A DNA stretch of 64,000 bases, from contig NZ_JBFWPA010000006.1 in assembly GCF_050250235.1 (NCBI RefSeq), positions 4,464-68,463 on the forward strand, in the 5' to 3' direction. Position 1 is the stretch's first letter; every line of letters begins with the position of its first letter. Positions 18,264-28,273 of the stretch are shown here, piece after piece. Source of the stretch: Pseudorhodoplanes sp. (lineage in GTDB: Bacteria; Pseudomonadota; Alphaproteobacteria; Rhizobiales; Xanthobacteraceae). The translations under genes were made by a program, and so were the position numbers. The notes beneath the pieces were generated by a model. It saw nothing but the letters and a program-made list of their open reading frames with translations, had not been told where the DNA came from and made no database searches.

Positions 18264-20080
18264 GCAAGGTGGCGAACCCGTTCCTGACCGCGGCCGGCGA
18301 CGAATTGCCGACGCAATACGACCGGCCGCCGCAATTCGAGGGGTTCGTCGAGGAGCGCGACATCAAGGTGAAGATGCGCGACGGCGTGCATCTGTCAATC
18401 GATGTCTACCGTCCCGACACCAAGGAGAAGCTGCCCGCCCTGCTCGCCTTCGCGATCTACAACAAGGATCTGCAGGGGCCGGACATCGCCGATGCGCTGA
18501 CGCCGCAACCGTCATGGTCGGCGCTGTGGACCGGCTGGCTCGAGGCCGGCGACACGCGTTTCCTCACCTCGCGCGGCTATGTCCATGTCATCGGTGCGCC
18601 GCGCGGCATCGGCAAGTCGGAAGGCGGGGGATCGCGCGAATTCGACAGCTACGACCTGATCGAATGGATCGCGAAGCAGCCGTGGTGTGACGGCAATGTC
18701 GGCATGATCGGCATTTCCGGTTTCGGCGCCGAACAATTCAATGTCGCCAAGCAGCAGCCGCCGGCGCTGAAGGCGATCTTTCCGTTCGACCCGCGCGGCG
18801 CCTATGGCACGCTTGGCAGCTTCCGCGAGGAATATCACGGCGGCGTCTTGCATCTCTTCCGCTACCTGCTGTCGATCAATCTGGTCGCACATCAGAACAA
18901 GGGCCAGCCCGGCGATCTGCCGCCGGAGCGCGAGGCGCTGTGGCGCGAGGCCATGGCCAATCCGGATTTCAAGATTTATCCGCATGTCTACAACATCCTG
19001 ACCCAGAAGGGTCAGCATTTGCCGGCGATCTTCGACTTCCTGATCCATCCCTACGACAAGGAGGAGATCGTCGAGAAGGCCGAGGCGGATTTCAAGAAGA
19101 TCAACATCCCCGCCTATACCGGTTCCGGCTGGTACGCCTATGGCTACAAGACGCATCTCAACGGCGCGCAGAACTGGTTCCGAAATATCGACGTGCCGAA
19201 GAAGATCGCGTTCGGCGGGCCTTCGCATCTCGAGCGGCCCTTCCGGTCCCTCCATCAGGAAATTCTTCGGTGGTACGACCACTGGCTGAAGGGCATCGAC
19301 ACCGGCATCATGGACGAGCCGCCGGTCAAATACTGGGTGATGGGCGAGAATGCCTGGCGCTCAGGCCAGGATTGGCCGCTCCCGGAAACGCAATGGACCA
19401 AACTTTATCTGTCGAGCTGGGGACGGCTGCGGCCGGAACCCTTCCTGCCGTCGAGCAGTGACGGACGCTCGGCACCCGACGCCTTCGTGCAGATGCCGAT
19501 CACGCAGACGAACGAGGTGCAACGCCTGCGCTACATGAGCGAGCCGCTGCCGCAGGACACGCTGATTGCCGGGCCGATCGTGCTGAACCTGTTCGCTGCA
19601 ATCGATCAGGACGACACCAACTGGATCGTCGTGCTAAGCGATGTCGGGCCGGATGTCTCGGTGCGAACCGCCCGCGAGGGTGAGCGCGGCATCCCGCGAG
19701 ACCTGCCGGAGCGGGAAATCACGCGTGGCTGGCTGAAGGCATCGATGCGCGAACTCGATCCGAAGCGTTCCAAGCCCTGGAAGCCCTGGCACAAGCTGAC
19801 GCGCGCGGCGAAAAAGCCTGTCGTCCCAGGCGAAGTAACGGAATATGCGATCGAATTGATGGCGACCGCCAACCTGTTCAAGGCAGGCCATCGCATCTGT
19901 CTCGATATCACGAGCCTCGACGTACCGACCGGCGTCGGCGGAGCCACCAATGTCGAATATATCCCCTACCACATCTGTTCGAGCCGCACCGTACTGCACA
20001 AAATTCATCACGACGAGGCGCGCCCATCGCACCTCATCCTGCCTGTGATCACCACGGACGGGCATCCGCGGACGCCGTGA
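18260..20080 (+). CDS. CocE/NonD (S15-like) serine hydrolase
   Basis: MRDGVHLSIDVYRP, RGIGKSEG, IEWIAKQPWCDGNVGMIGIS, RWYDHWLKG, WPLP, FKAGHRI. ATGA overlap with subunit B. Confidence 0.9.
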   Translation: MSKVANPFLTAAGDELPTQYDRPPQFEGFVEERDIKVKMRDGVHLSIDVYRPDTKEKLPALLAFAIYNKDLQGPDIADALTPQPSWSALWTGWLEAGDTRFLTSRGYVHVIGAPRGIGKSEGGGSREFDSYDLIEWIAKQPWCDGNVGMIGISGFGAEQFNVAKQQPPALKAIFPFDPRGAYGTLGSFREEYHGGVLHLFRYLLSINLVAHQNKGQPGDLPPEREALWREAMANPDFKIYPHVYNILTQKGQHLPAIFDFLIHPYDKEEIVEKAEADFKKINIPAYTGSGWYAYGYKTHLNGAQNWFRNIDVPKKIAFGGPSHLERPFRSLHQEILRWYDHWLKGIDTGIMDEPPVKYWVMGENAWRSGQDWPLPETQWTKLYLSSWGRLRPEPFLPSSSDGRSAPDAFVQMPITQTNEVQRLRYMSEPLPQDTLIAGPIVLNLFAAIDQDDTNWIVVLSDVGPDVSVRTAREGERGIPRDLPEREITRGWLKASMRELDPKRSKPWKPWHKLTRAAKKPVVPGEVTEYAIELMATANLFKAGHRICLDITSLDVPTGVGGATNVEYIPYHICSSRTVLHKIHHDEARPSHLILPVITTDGHPRTP

Positions 20081-20169
20081 CTCCATCGCAACGGTGGAAG
20101 CGGCGCTGGCCGAAGAGAGCTCGTCTTCAGCGGCCATTGAGAACCGGCGACGACGCCCGCCTCGTTGCG

Positions 20170-20886
20170 TCAGGAGATACCCAGATACGCCTCGCGCACG
20201 CGCGGATCGTCCAGCAGTTCCGCACCTGTGCCGTCAAACGCGACTCTGCCGTTCTCGATCACATACGCGGCCTCAGCGAGCGCGAGCGTGCGCGCCGTAT
20301 CCTGCTCGGCGATCAGAATGGTCACGCCCGCCTCCTGCAGCTTCGCAATCGACGCGAACAGGGTTTCCGCCATCATGGGAGCAAGCCCAAGCGTCGGCTC
20401 ATCGAGCAGCAGCAGATCCGGCATCGACATCAATCCGCGGCCGAGCGCCAGCATCTGCTGTTCCCCGCCGGACAGAGTACCGCCGTTCTGCGTGCGCCGT
20501 TCCCGCAGGCGCGGAAACAGGCCGTAAATGTCCTCGCGCCGCTGCTGGCTGCGGTGCCGCGCCCGGGGAACGATGGCGCCGATCCGCAGATTTTCCTCGA
20601 CGGTCATGTGCGAGAAAATCATCCGCCCTTCGGGCACCAGTGCAAGTCCACGATCCACACGATCATGCGGCGCCAGATCGCTGATGTCCTGCGACTTGAA
20701 GGTCACGGTCCCGGCATTTTGCCTGAGACTGCCGGCCAGCGCCTTCATGATGGTGGTCTTGCCGGCACCGTTTCCGCCGATCAGCGCGGTCACCGATCCC
20801 TTTTCGACGCGAAAGGATACGTCGTGCACCACCTGAACGGCGCCATAGCCGGCCTGCAGATGCGACACTTCCAGAATTGCGCTCAT
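20170..20886 (-). CDS. ABC transporter ATP-binding protein (LivF family)
   Basis: GGNGAGKT, VPEGR, LSGGEQQM, LLDEPTLGLAP. Confidence 0.92.
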   Translation of the reverse strand: MSAILEVSHLQAGYGAVQVVHDVSFRVEKGSVTALIGGNGAGKTTIMKALAGSLRQNAGTVTFKSQDISDLAPHDRVDRGLALVPEGRMIFSHMTVEENLRIGAIVPRARHRSQQRREDIYGLFPRLRERRTQNGGTLSGGEQQMLALGRGLMSMPDLLLLDEPTLGLAPMMAETLFASIAKLQEAGVTILIAEQDTARTLALAEAAYVIENGRVAFDGTGAELLDDPRVREAYLGIS

Positions 20887-21611
20887 GACTGCGAACCCAG
20901 ATAGCAGTCGAGGACGCGCTGGTCCTTGGCGATCTCCGCGGGGACATTCAACGCGATCCGCTCTCCATGGTGCAGGACGAGAATGCGATCCGAAATGCGC
21001 ATCAGAGCCCGCATGACATGCTCGATGATCAGCACCGTCAGGGCATTCTCCTGCTTCAGGGTCTGCACCACGTCCAGCATCTGAGAGACCTCGGCCGGCG
21101 TCAGTCCGGCCATCACCTCATCCAACAGAAGCAGCCGCGCGCCGGTCGCAACCGCCCGCGCCACTTCCAGACGCTTCTGACCGGACAGCGTCAGATCGCC
21201 GGCCAGCTGGTCGCCTCGCGCACCAAGCCCGACAATCTCGAGGAGTTGCGAAGCGCGCTGCGATGCGGCCCGGGCTTCGAGCCGCCGGGTGCCGAAACGT
21301 GCGGCGGTGATGACGTTCTCGCTGACCGTCAAATCGGAAAACGGCCGCGCGGTCTGGAAGGTGCGGCCAACGCCGCGGCGGCATATCCTGTCAGGCGAAA
21401 GACCGACAATGGAGCTGCCATCGAGCCGGATTTCGCCGGCGCTCGGCTGCAGGTTGCCGGCAATCAACGCGAACAAGGTGGTCTTGCCGGCACCATTCGC
21501 ACCCATGATACCGACCACTTCGCCGGGACTGACGATGAGGTCGACGTCATGCAACGCCCGCACCCCGCCGAAATTCCGTCCGAGATTGGAGACCTCCAGA
21601 AGTCCGCTCAT
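20883..21611 (-). CDS. ABC transporter ATP-binding protein (LivG family)
   Basis: GANGAGKT, RTFQ, LLLDEVMAGL, IEH. Confidence 0.92.
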   Translation of the reverse strand: MSGLLEVSNLGRNFGGVRALHDVDLIVSPGEVVGIMGANGAGKTTLFALIAGNLQPSAGEIRLDGSSIVGLSPDRICRRGVGRTFQTARPFSDLTVSENVITAARFGTRRLEARAASQRASQLLEIVGLGARGDQLAGDLTLSGQKRLEVARAVATGARLLLLDEVMAGLTPAEVSQMLDVVQTLKQENALTVLIIEHVMRALMRISDRILVLHHGERIALNVPAEIAKDQRVLDCYLGSQS

Positions 21612-22504
21612 GGCTGCACGGTCCTTCTCCGGAACAGACCGTAGATGCCGTTCGGCAGGATCACGACGAAGGTGACCAGCAGCAGCCCGAGCAGGATGAG
21701 ATAAAGCTGCGGTGCCTTGGCCCATAGCAACTCGGACAGCAGCGTCAGGAAGGCGGCGCCGAGAATCGGTCCGCGGGCATTGTCGCTGCCGCCGATGATG
21801 CACATGGTCAGGATGGTGAAGGAAACAACCGGGTCGAAGACCTGCTGCGGCTCGAAATAGCTGGTCCGCAACGCCATCAGACCGCCGATCGCACCGGGAA
21901 TGGCGGCGGACAGCCCATAGGCCAGCGTCTTGTAGCGCGTTACCGGTATCCCGATCGCCTGCGCGGCCTCTTCGTCCTCGCGAATGGCGATCAATCCCTG
22001 CCCGAAGCGGCTGTCGCGAATGAAAAACGTCAGCAGCGTCGCGGTCGCGGCCAGAAACAGCGTCAGCCAGTAGAGGCTCGTGAGATCCGGGACCCCGAGC
22101 AGCAGCCGTCCGAACTGGCCGAGATGAGCCTCGACCGCCATCACGACATATTTGACAAACTCCGCAAGGCCGAAGGTCAGGATCACGAAATACGGACCGC
22201 GCACACGCAAGACCGGGACACTGATGACAACCGCGAAGGAGAAGGTGATCAGGCTCGCCAGCGGCAGCGACAGCCAGATCGGCAGCGTCTCCCAGGTCAG
22301 GACGACGAAATAACCGCCGATGCCGAAGAACACCACATGGCCAAGCGAGATGTAGCCGGCGAACCCCGACAGGATGGTCCAGCTCTGCGTGAGCGCAATC
22401 CAGGTCAGCAGGGTAAAGCCGATCCCGATCAGATAGTCCTGCCCCGTCATCGGCACCAAACCGAAACCGATCAGTCCAAGGACAAATAGGAATGGCGTTG
22501 TCAT
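21608..22504 (-). CDS. ABC transporter permease (LivM family)
   Basis: GYISLGHVVFFG, RVRGPYFVILT, AIREDEEAA. Confidence 0.9.
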   Translation of the reverse strand: MTTPFLFVLGLIGFGLVPMTGQDYLIGIGFTLLTWIALTQSWTILSGFAGYISLGHVVFFGIGGYFVVLTWETLPIWLSLPLASLITFSFAVVISVPVLRVRGPYFVILTFGLAEFVKYVVMAVEAHLGQFGRLLLGVPDLTSLYWLTLFLAATATLLTFFIRDSRFGQGLIAIREDEEAAQAIGIPVTRYKTLAYGLSAAIPGAIGGLMALRTSYFEPQQVFDPVVSFTILTMCIIGGSDNARGPILGAAFLTLLSELLWAKAPQLYLILLGLLLVTFVVILPNGIYGLFRRRTVQP

Positions 22505-22506
22505 GT

Positions 22507-23409
22507 TCAGCGCGCCGCCTGCCGCGCAGTGAGAATCCCTTCCGGCCGCACGATCAGCGCCAGCAGGAAGACGCCATACAGCAGGATTGATGACCAGGAA
22601 GCGGAGGTCAATGCGACGCCGTAGGTCTCGATGAAGCCCAGCAGCAGCCCGGCAAAAATGCCCCCGGTAAGATTGCCAAGCCCGCCCATGATGATGACGA
22701 TGAAAGCCGCGATGGTGAACGGAAAGCCCATGAACGGGGTGATCTGATCGGTCATGCTGACCAGCGCGCCGACGATGCCTGCGGTCGCAAAGCCGGCGCA
22801 TAGACTGAAAAATTCCAGTCGCGTCACGTTGACCCCGACAATCGCCGCAGCTTCCTTTCGCTGGATCAGCGCCTTGACCGCGAGGCCGGCGATCGAGAGG
22901 CGCAGAAACACCAGCGTTGCGATGCAGATTGCGACGCAGAAAACGAATGCACCGAGCCGGTTCGCACTGATCGAGATATTGCCGAAGCTCAGGACACCGC
23001 TGAGATATTGGTAGCCGCGGGGCGTCCCGGTGAAAGCGAGTGCCGCAACATTCTGCAGGATCACGGAAACTCCGACAAAGATCAGCAATGAGTTCGGCTC
23101 AATCCGCTTGCGCATGCGCGGGTTCTGCAGACACCATCTCAGCAGAACGAAATACAAGGCGACCGCCATCAGCGCCGTCAATATTCCCGCGACGATCGCG
23201 GACAGGAACGGCGAGATGCCCCATAGCGTGAAAGCCCAGAACGCGACATAGGCACCAAGCATGAGGAATTCACCATGCGCCACGTTGAGCAGACGCATGG
23301 TGCCGTAAACGAGATTCAAGCCAAGTCCGACCGTCGCATAGATGGTTCCCGTGATCAGAGCGGCCAGAAGAAGCTGCCCGGACGTCAGGACTTCGAGAAA
23401 GCTCGCCAT
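22507..23409 (-). CDS. ABC transporter permease (LivH family)
   Basis: GLNLVYGTMRLLNVAHG, IIMGGLG, VRPEG. Confidence 0.9.
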   Translation of the reverse strand: MASFLEVLTSGQLLLAALITGTIYATVGLGLNLVYGTMRLLNVAHGEFLMLGAYVAFWAFTLWGISPFLSAIVAGILTALMAVALYFVLLRWCLQNPRMRKRIEPNSLLIFVGVSVILQNVAALAFTGTPRGYQYLSGVLSFGNISISANRLGAFVFCVAICIATLVFLRLSIAGLAVKALIQRKEAAAIVGVNVTRLEFFSLCAGFATAGIVGALVSMTDQITPFMGFPFTIAAFIVIIMGGLGNLTGGIFAGLLLGFIETYGVALTSASWSSILLYGVFLLALIVRPEGILTARQAAR

Positions 23410-23441
23410 GATGCGTCAGCCGATCCAGTAGCGCATGTTAT

Positions 23442-24638
23442 CTACCAGCCCGTCTTGGGCTCGATCTTCGCCGTTGCGATCGAAGCCGGCCACACGATCT
23501 GGAATTTCTGATCCTGGATCTGCAGAAACGCGACCGGCGTGGTCGTGTTTTCGACGCCGTTGAATTTCACCGGACCGTTGATGGTGTCAAAGGTCTTGCT
23601 GTTGACGACGTCGCGCAATTTTGTCTTGTCGAGACCCGCTTCGGCCACGGCCTGTTCGAGCACTTCGACGCTCATATAGGCGAGCACGGTGTCGAGATAG
23701 TCCGGCTCCTCCTTGAAGCGAGCCACATAGGCATCATAGAACGGCTTGGCACGCGGCCACTTCGCCTGCGCGGGCGACCAATGCCCCATGCTCAGGATGC
23801 CATTCGCGGACGAGCCAAAGATCTTGCGATAGGCCGGGATGGTCGGGCCGATTGCAAGCCACTGAAACGGAGCCGCGATTCCCATCTCCTTTGCCTGCCT
23901 GGTGTAGAGAATCGAATCGGAGGGATACGACAGCACAAATACGCCTTCCGGCTTGGCCGCCTTGACGCGGCTGAGCAGGGCCGTCATGTCCTTGATGTCC
24001 GGCGGATATTCCTCGCTCACCACGATCTTGATGCCAGCCGCTTCGAGCGCCGGCACGAGGAACCGTTTGATCTCCTTGCCCTGCGGCAGGATGCTGCCGA
24101 TGATCGCGGCATTCTTTACATTCTGGCTTTTCGCCATCTCGGTGAGCTGCAACGCAAGCTTGTCGTGGACCGATGGCGACACGAACCACATATTCTTGAC
24201 CTTGAGTTCGCGAATATGCACCGACGACGCCGTGCTCCCGATCACCGGAAAGCCATAGCGCTCCAGCACCGGTACGATCGCGAAATGGCTCGGTGTGCCC
24301 CACGGCGACAGCAGCAGATCAACCTTGTCGTCGGTAATCAGCTTCTCGTAGATCTTGACCGAGTTCGCGGTATTGGACTGGTCGTCGTATTCGACGAACT
24401 CGATCTTGCGCTTGACGCCTCCGACATTCAGGCCGCCCTTCTCGTTCACCTGATCGCGCCAGAAGTGATAGGCGTTGAGCTGTGCCGGCGTCGCCGCCGC
24501 GAACAGGCCGGTTTTCGCGATCGCAAAGCCGATCCGCACAGGCGGCGGCTCCTGCGCGACGGCGCCGCCTCCCGCGATCGACAGGGCGCCCGTGATTCCC
24601 ATAGCCAAGGCCAGCGTCACTCTTCGTCTGTGCAACAT
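23442..24638 (-). CDS. ABC substrate-binding protein (Leu/Ile/Val-binding superfamily)
   Basis: Signal peptide, VNEKGG, YDDQS, EKLITDDKVD, FDTINGPVKF. Confidence 0.9.
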   Translation of the reverse strand: MLHRRRVTLALAMGITGALSIAGGGAVAQEPPPVRIGFAIAKTGLFAAATPAQLNAYHFWRDQVNEKGGLNVGGVKRKIEFVEYDDQSNTANSVKIYEKLITDDKVDLLLSPWGTPSHFAIVPVLERYGFPVIGSTASSVHIRELKVKNMWFVSPSVHDKLALQLTEMAKSQNVKNAAIIGSILPQGKEIKRFLVPALEAAGIKIVVSEEYPPDIKDMTALLSRVKAAKPEGVFVLSYPSDSILYTRQAKEMGIAAPFQWLAIGPTIPAYRKIFGSSANGILSMGHWSPAQAKWPRAKPFYDAYVARFKEEPDYLDTVLAYMSVEVLEQAVAEAGLDKTKLRDVVNSKTFDTINGPVKFNGVENTTTPVAFLQIQDQKFQIVWPASIATAKIEPKTGW

Positions 24639-24658
24639 GAATCCCTCCTGCTACCCAA

Positions 24659-25495
24659 CTACGATCGTGTCGAAAAACGTGTGATGAACCGCAGCGCGTC
24701 GCGCACCCAGGGTCCGTCCGCTTCACCGCCAGCGAGGCTTGCCGTGAAGTGATCCCGCTCCGGCATCAGAATGGTCTCGACTTCGCCGCCGGCCGCGGCG
24801 AGCGCGGCCGCCATCTCTTGCGCCTGAACCCGCAGATGCGGAAAATCCTTGTCGCCATAAGCGATCAGAAAGGGCGGGGTGCGCCGGATGTGCAGGATCG
24901 GGCTAGCGGCCTGATCGGTCCCCGAACCTTCATTGCCGAGAAACCGCGGACGCGCCGAGAGGCCCGAGCCCTCTCCGAAACGGTAGACTCCCGAAATCGG
25001 AAGGCAGCCCTTGATGACGTCGACCGGCAATCCGCGTGCGCCCTGCCAGTCATCGCGCACCGCGAGCAAAGCTGCATAATGTCCGCCGGCGGAATGTCCG
25101 CCGGCAAAAATACGGTCCCTGTCGTAGCCGAATTCGTCGGCCGCGTCGGACAGAAACTTCAGCGCATCGGCACAATCCTCGACGCCGGCGGGGAAGAGGA
25201 ATTGCGGCGCAAGCCGGTACCCAAGGCTAGCAAAGGTGATCCCGGCCTTGCAGAATTCCGGCGCCATGAACGCCATCGTCTCCTTGTAGCCGGCGGTCCA
25301 GCCGCCGCCATGCACGAAGGCGAAAAGCGGACCGCCCTTTTTCGCGGCGGGATAGATTGCAATGCTCTGATGGGGATCGGGACCGAAGCTCCGTTCCACA
25401 AAGGGCACGCCGAACGAGCGCTCGATGCAGGCGCTGCGATAGGCGGCCGCGGCGGGTGCGCTCGGCTCCTGGGGTGGGTAGTCTTCAAATCGCAT
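24659..25495 (-). CDS. Alpha/beta hydrolase, HSL/arylformamidase-like
   Basis: FVHGGGW oxyanion motif, YRLAP, GHSAGG nucleophile elbow, ISGVY, D and DH triad candidates. Confidence 0.85.
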   Translation of the reverse strand: MRFEDYPPQEPSAPAAAAYRSACIERSFGVPFVERSFGPDPHQSIAIYPAAKKGGPLFAFVHGGGWTAGYKETMAFMAPEFCKAGITFASLGYRLAPQFLFPAGVEDCADALKFLSDAADEFGYDRDRIFAGGHSAGGHYAALLAVRDDWQGARGLPVDVIKGCLPISGVYRFGEGSGLSARPRFLGNEGSGTDQAASPILHIRRTPPFLIAYGDKDFPHLRVQAQEMAAALAAAGGEVETILMPERDHFTASLAGGEADGPWVRDALRFITRFSTRS

Positions 25496-27806
25496 GGGCG
25501 GACTCCGCTGGCAGCGTCGCGCGCAGCACACGCTCGGGCGTCAATGGCAGCTGGCTGATGCGGCAACCGGTCGCTGCGGCGACGGCGTTTGCGATGGCGG
25601 CGGCGACGCCATTCATTCCGATCTCGCCGGCCCCCTTTGCGCCAAAGGGCCCGCCGGGCTCCTCGGCCTCGACGATCAAGGCGTGGATATCGAAGGGTGT
25701 GTCGGCACTGGTCGGCACCTTGTAATCCATCATCGATGGATTGCTCACGCGGCCACCGTCCCAGACCACCTCTTCCACCAGCGCGAAGCCCATGCCCTGA
25801 ACGAAGGCCCCCTCGATCTGGCCTTCACACGCGGCAGGGTTGATCGCGCGTCCGACATCGACCGCCGACCAGGCACGCAGGACCTCGATTTTGCCGGAGG
25901 CTTCATCGACTTCGACATCGACCGCGATCGCGCCGAAGCTGAACACACCGGATCGTGCGGCGTTGCCGGTCGCGATGGCGCGCTTGGGATCGACGGTCAC
26001 CTGATTGAACACCCAGCTATGGCTGCCGATGATCGGCCCGCCCGTTCCCCAATGGGAGCGCAGTCCGATCTGCCGGAACGTGACTTCCATGCCCGGCGCG
26101 CCCTTCACCCCGATACGGCCGCCCTTGCGCAGTTCGAGATCGTCGATCGCGCATTCCAGTATCTGGCTGGCATGTTCCTTGGCTTGCCGGATCACTTCAT
26201 CGGCCGCACCGACCACGGATCGTCCGGTCGTGTAGGTCACCCGGCTCGCCGTGGTGCCCCAGTTGTAGGGCGAGCCATCGGTATCCGGCGACGCCACGAC
26301 GATATTCTGCGGATCAACCTTCAGCGCCTCCGCGCAAATCTGCGCAAGCACGGTGTCCGATCCCTGCCCGATATCGGTCGCACCGGTGTTGAGCACGATC
26401 GATCCATCTTCCAGCATGCGCACAATTGCTCCGGTCGAGAGCAGCGCCGAGATATGGGCGGACGCGGCAAGCCCGAGACCGCGCCGCTTGCCAGGACGGG
26501 CCTTGAGACCGGCACGCTCCCGCCAGCCGCTGGCTTCCTCGACCCTCGCGAAACATTCGGACAAGCCGTTCGAGGCGACTTCCTGACCGCCGAACCAGCA
26601 TTCCCCCGGCTGGAGTGCGTTTCGTCTGCGGAACTCCAAAGGATCAATCCCGAGCCGGCCCGCAATCTCGTCGATTTGCTGCTCCCCGCCGAACTGCATC
26701 TGCGGCTGTCCAAATCCACGAAACGCACCGGAGCGGAGCTTGTTGGTGTACGCGACCACGCCGGACGCCCTGGCTGCGAGGTAGCGATAGGGGCCGGTCG
26801 AGGTGCGCAAGCTGAAGGCCAGGACACCCGGACTGTCGTCGGCGAAGGCGCCGCCATCGAGCGTGGCTTCGACCTCGCGGGCAATCAGTTGCCCGTCGCG
26901 GCTCGCACCGGTCTTCATGCGAAATGAGAAGGGATGGCCGACCCGCACCATCTCGAAGTCTTCGGCACGCGTCAGAATCAGGCGTACCGGCCGCCTCGCC
27001 TTCTGCGCGAGCATCACCACGATCGGCTGAATATGCGCTTCCATCTTGTTGCCGAAGCCACCACCGACGCGTGGCGTCAGGCAGCGCAGTTTCGACATCG
27101 GCAACAGCAAGCTTTCGCAGACATTCGCCTGCACGCGAAACACGGACTGATTGGCCGACCAGAGTGTAATTCGCCCCGAGGGATCAATGTCGGCGAGCGC
27201 GCCGCACGGCTCGATCGAGAGATGCGCTTGCGCCTGGGTCTGAAATGTCTCCTCGACGATCACGTCGCATAGCGACCAGGCTGCCTCGACATCGCCTTCC
27301 TGATAGGAACTGCGGGAGCAAACATTGCCATGGCTTCCGGCATCGAAAACCTTGACATATGCCGCGACGTTCTCGTGGACCAGTGGCGCTCCCGGTGCAA
27401 GCGCCTCCTCAGGGCTCAGCACCGCCGGCAGTTCGTCGTATTCGACGTCGATGAGAAGCGCGGCTGCACGCGCCTGCTCCTCCGTATCGGCCGCCACCGC
27501 GGCGACCGGCTCTCCGACATAGCGGACCTTGGCCTTTGCGATGGCGTGCTCATCCTTGATGAGCGCCCCCATCAGCCCGTCGGGACAATCATCACCGGTT
27601 ACGATGGCGTGCACGCCGGGCGCCGAAAGCGCCGCGGTCACATCGTAGCGGCGCACAATCGCGTGTGCATGCGGACTTTGCAGGACGGCTGCATGCAGCA
27701 TGCCCGGCACCGAGATGTCGGCGATGTAATGGGCGCGACCGGCGGCCTTCTCCATCGCCTCGAACCGCGGCAGCCTGCGTCCGACCGACCACGCCTGCGC
27801 GTTCAT
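25485..27806 (-). CDS. Xanthine dehydrogenase-family molybdopterin-binding (large) subunit
   Basis: QAHLSIEP, VGGGFGNK, GAFRGFG, GQGSDT, GQIEG, GAKGAGE (catalytic Glu). Confidence 0.92.
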   Translation of the reverse strand: MNAQAWSVGRRLPRFEAMEKAAGRAHYIADISVPGMLHAAVLQSPHAHAIVRRYDVTAALSAPGVHAIVTGDDCPDGLMGALIKDEHAIAKAKVRYVGEPVAAVAADTEEQARAAALLIDVEYDELPAVLSPEEALAPGAPLVHENVAAYVKVFDAGSHGNVCSRSSYQEGDVEAAWSLCDVIVEETFQTQAQAHLSIEPCGALADIDPSGRITLWSANQSVFRVQANVCESLLLPMSKLRCLTPRVGGGFGNKMEAHIQPIVVMLAQKARRPVRLILTRAEDFEMVRVGHPFSFRMKTGASRDGQLIAREVEATLDGGAFADDSPGVLAFSLRTSTGPYRYLAARASGVVAYTNKLRSGAFRGFGQPQMQFGGEQQIDEIAGRLGIDPLEFRRRNALQPGECWFGGQEVASNGLSECFARVEEASGWRERAGLKARPGKRRGLGLAASAHISALLSTGAIVRMLEDGSIVLNTGATDIGQGSDTVLAQICAEALKVDPQNIVVASPDTDGSPYNWGTTASRVTYTTGRSVVGAADEVIRQAKEHASQILECAIDDLELRKGGRIGVKGAPGMEVTFRQIGLRSHWGTGGPIIGSHSWVFNQVTVDPKRAIATGNAARSGVFSFGAIAVDVEVDEASGKIEVLRAWSAVDVGRAINPAACEGQIEGAFVQGMGFALVEEVVWDGGRVSNPSMMDYKVPTSADTPFDIHALIVEAEEPGGPFGAKGAGEIGMNGVAAAIANAVAAATGCRISQLPLTPERVLRATLPAESAHAI

Positions 27807-28273
27807 GACGCAAGCTCCGCACCGGCCCTTGCAATGGCCTCGATGATCTTGCGATAGCCCGAGCAGCGGCAGATATTGCCCGACATGGCCCTGCGGATAT
27901 CGTCGATGCCCGCATGCGGATCCCGCTTCAGCACCGCACGCGCGCTGATCAGGGTTCCAGGAATGCAGAAGCCGCACTGGATCGCGCCAGCTTCGACAAA
28001 GGCGCTCTGCAAGGCTTGTCCGATCCTGTCCTGCGACAGCCCCTCGATCGTCGTCACCGCCTGTCCCGCACAATTTGCCGCGAGCAGCAGGCACGACCGC
28101 ATCGGCTGCTCATCGACCAGAACGGTGCAGGCGCCGCAGACCCCCTGATTGCAGCCGCGCTTTGCACCGGTCAGGTTGAGCCGATCGCGCAGCACCGAAA
28201 GCACCGTGTCGGCGAGTTCGACGGTCAACCGGTGAGTTGAATCATTGACGCGCAGCTCGCAGGTCGCGCTCAT
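27803..28273 (-). CDS. Molybdo-hydroxylase 2x[2Fe-2S] small subunit
   Basis: GCNQGVCGACTV..SC, QCGFC, NICRCSGY. Confidence 0.93.
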   Translation of the reverse strand: MSATCELRVNDSTHRLTVELADTVLSVLRDRLNLTGAKRGCNQGVCGACTVLVDEQPMRSCLLLAANCAGQAVTTIEGLSQDRIGQALQSAFVEAGAIQCGFCIPGTLISARAVLKRDPHAGIDDIRRAMSGNICRCSGYRKIIEAIARAGAELAS

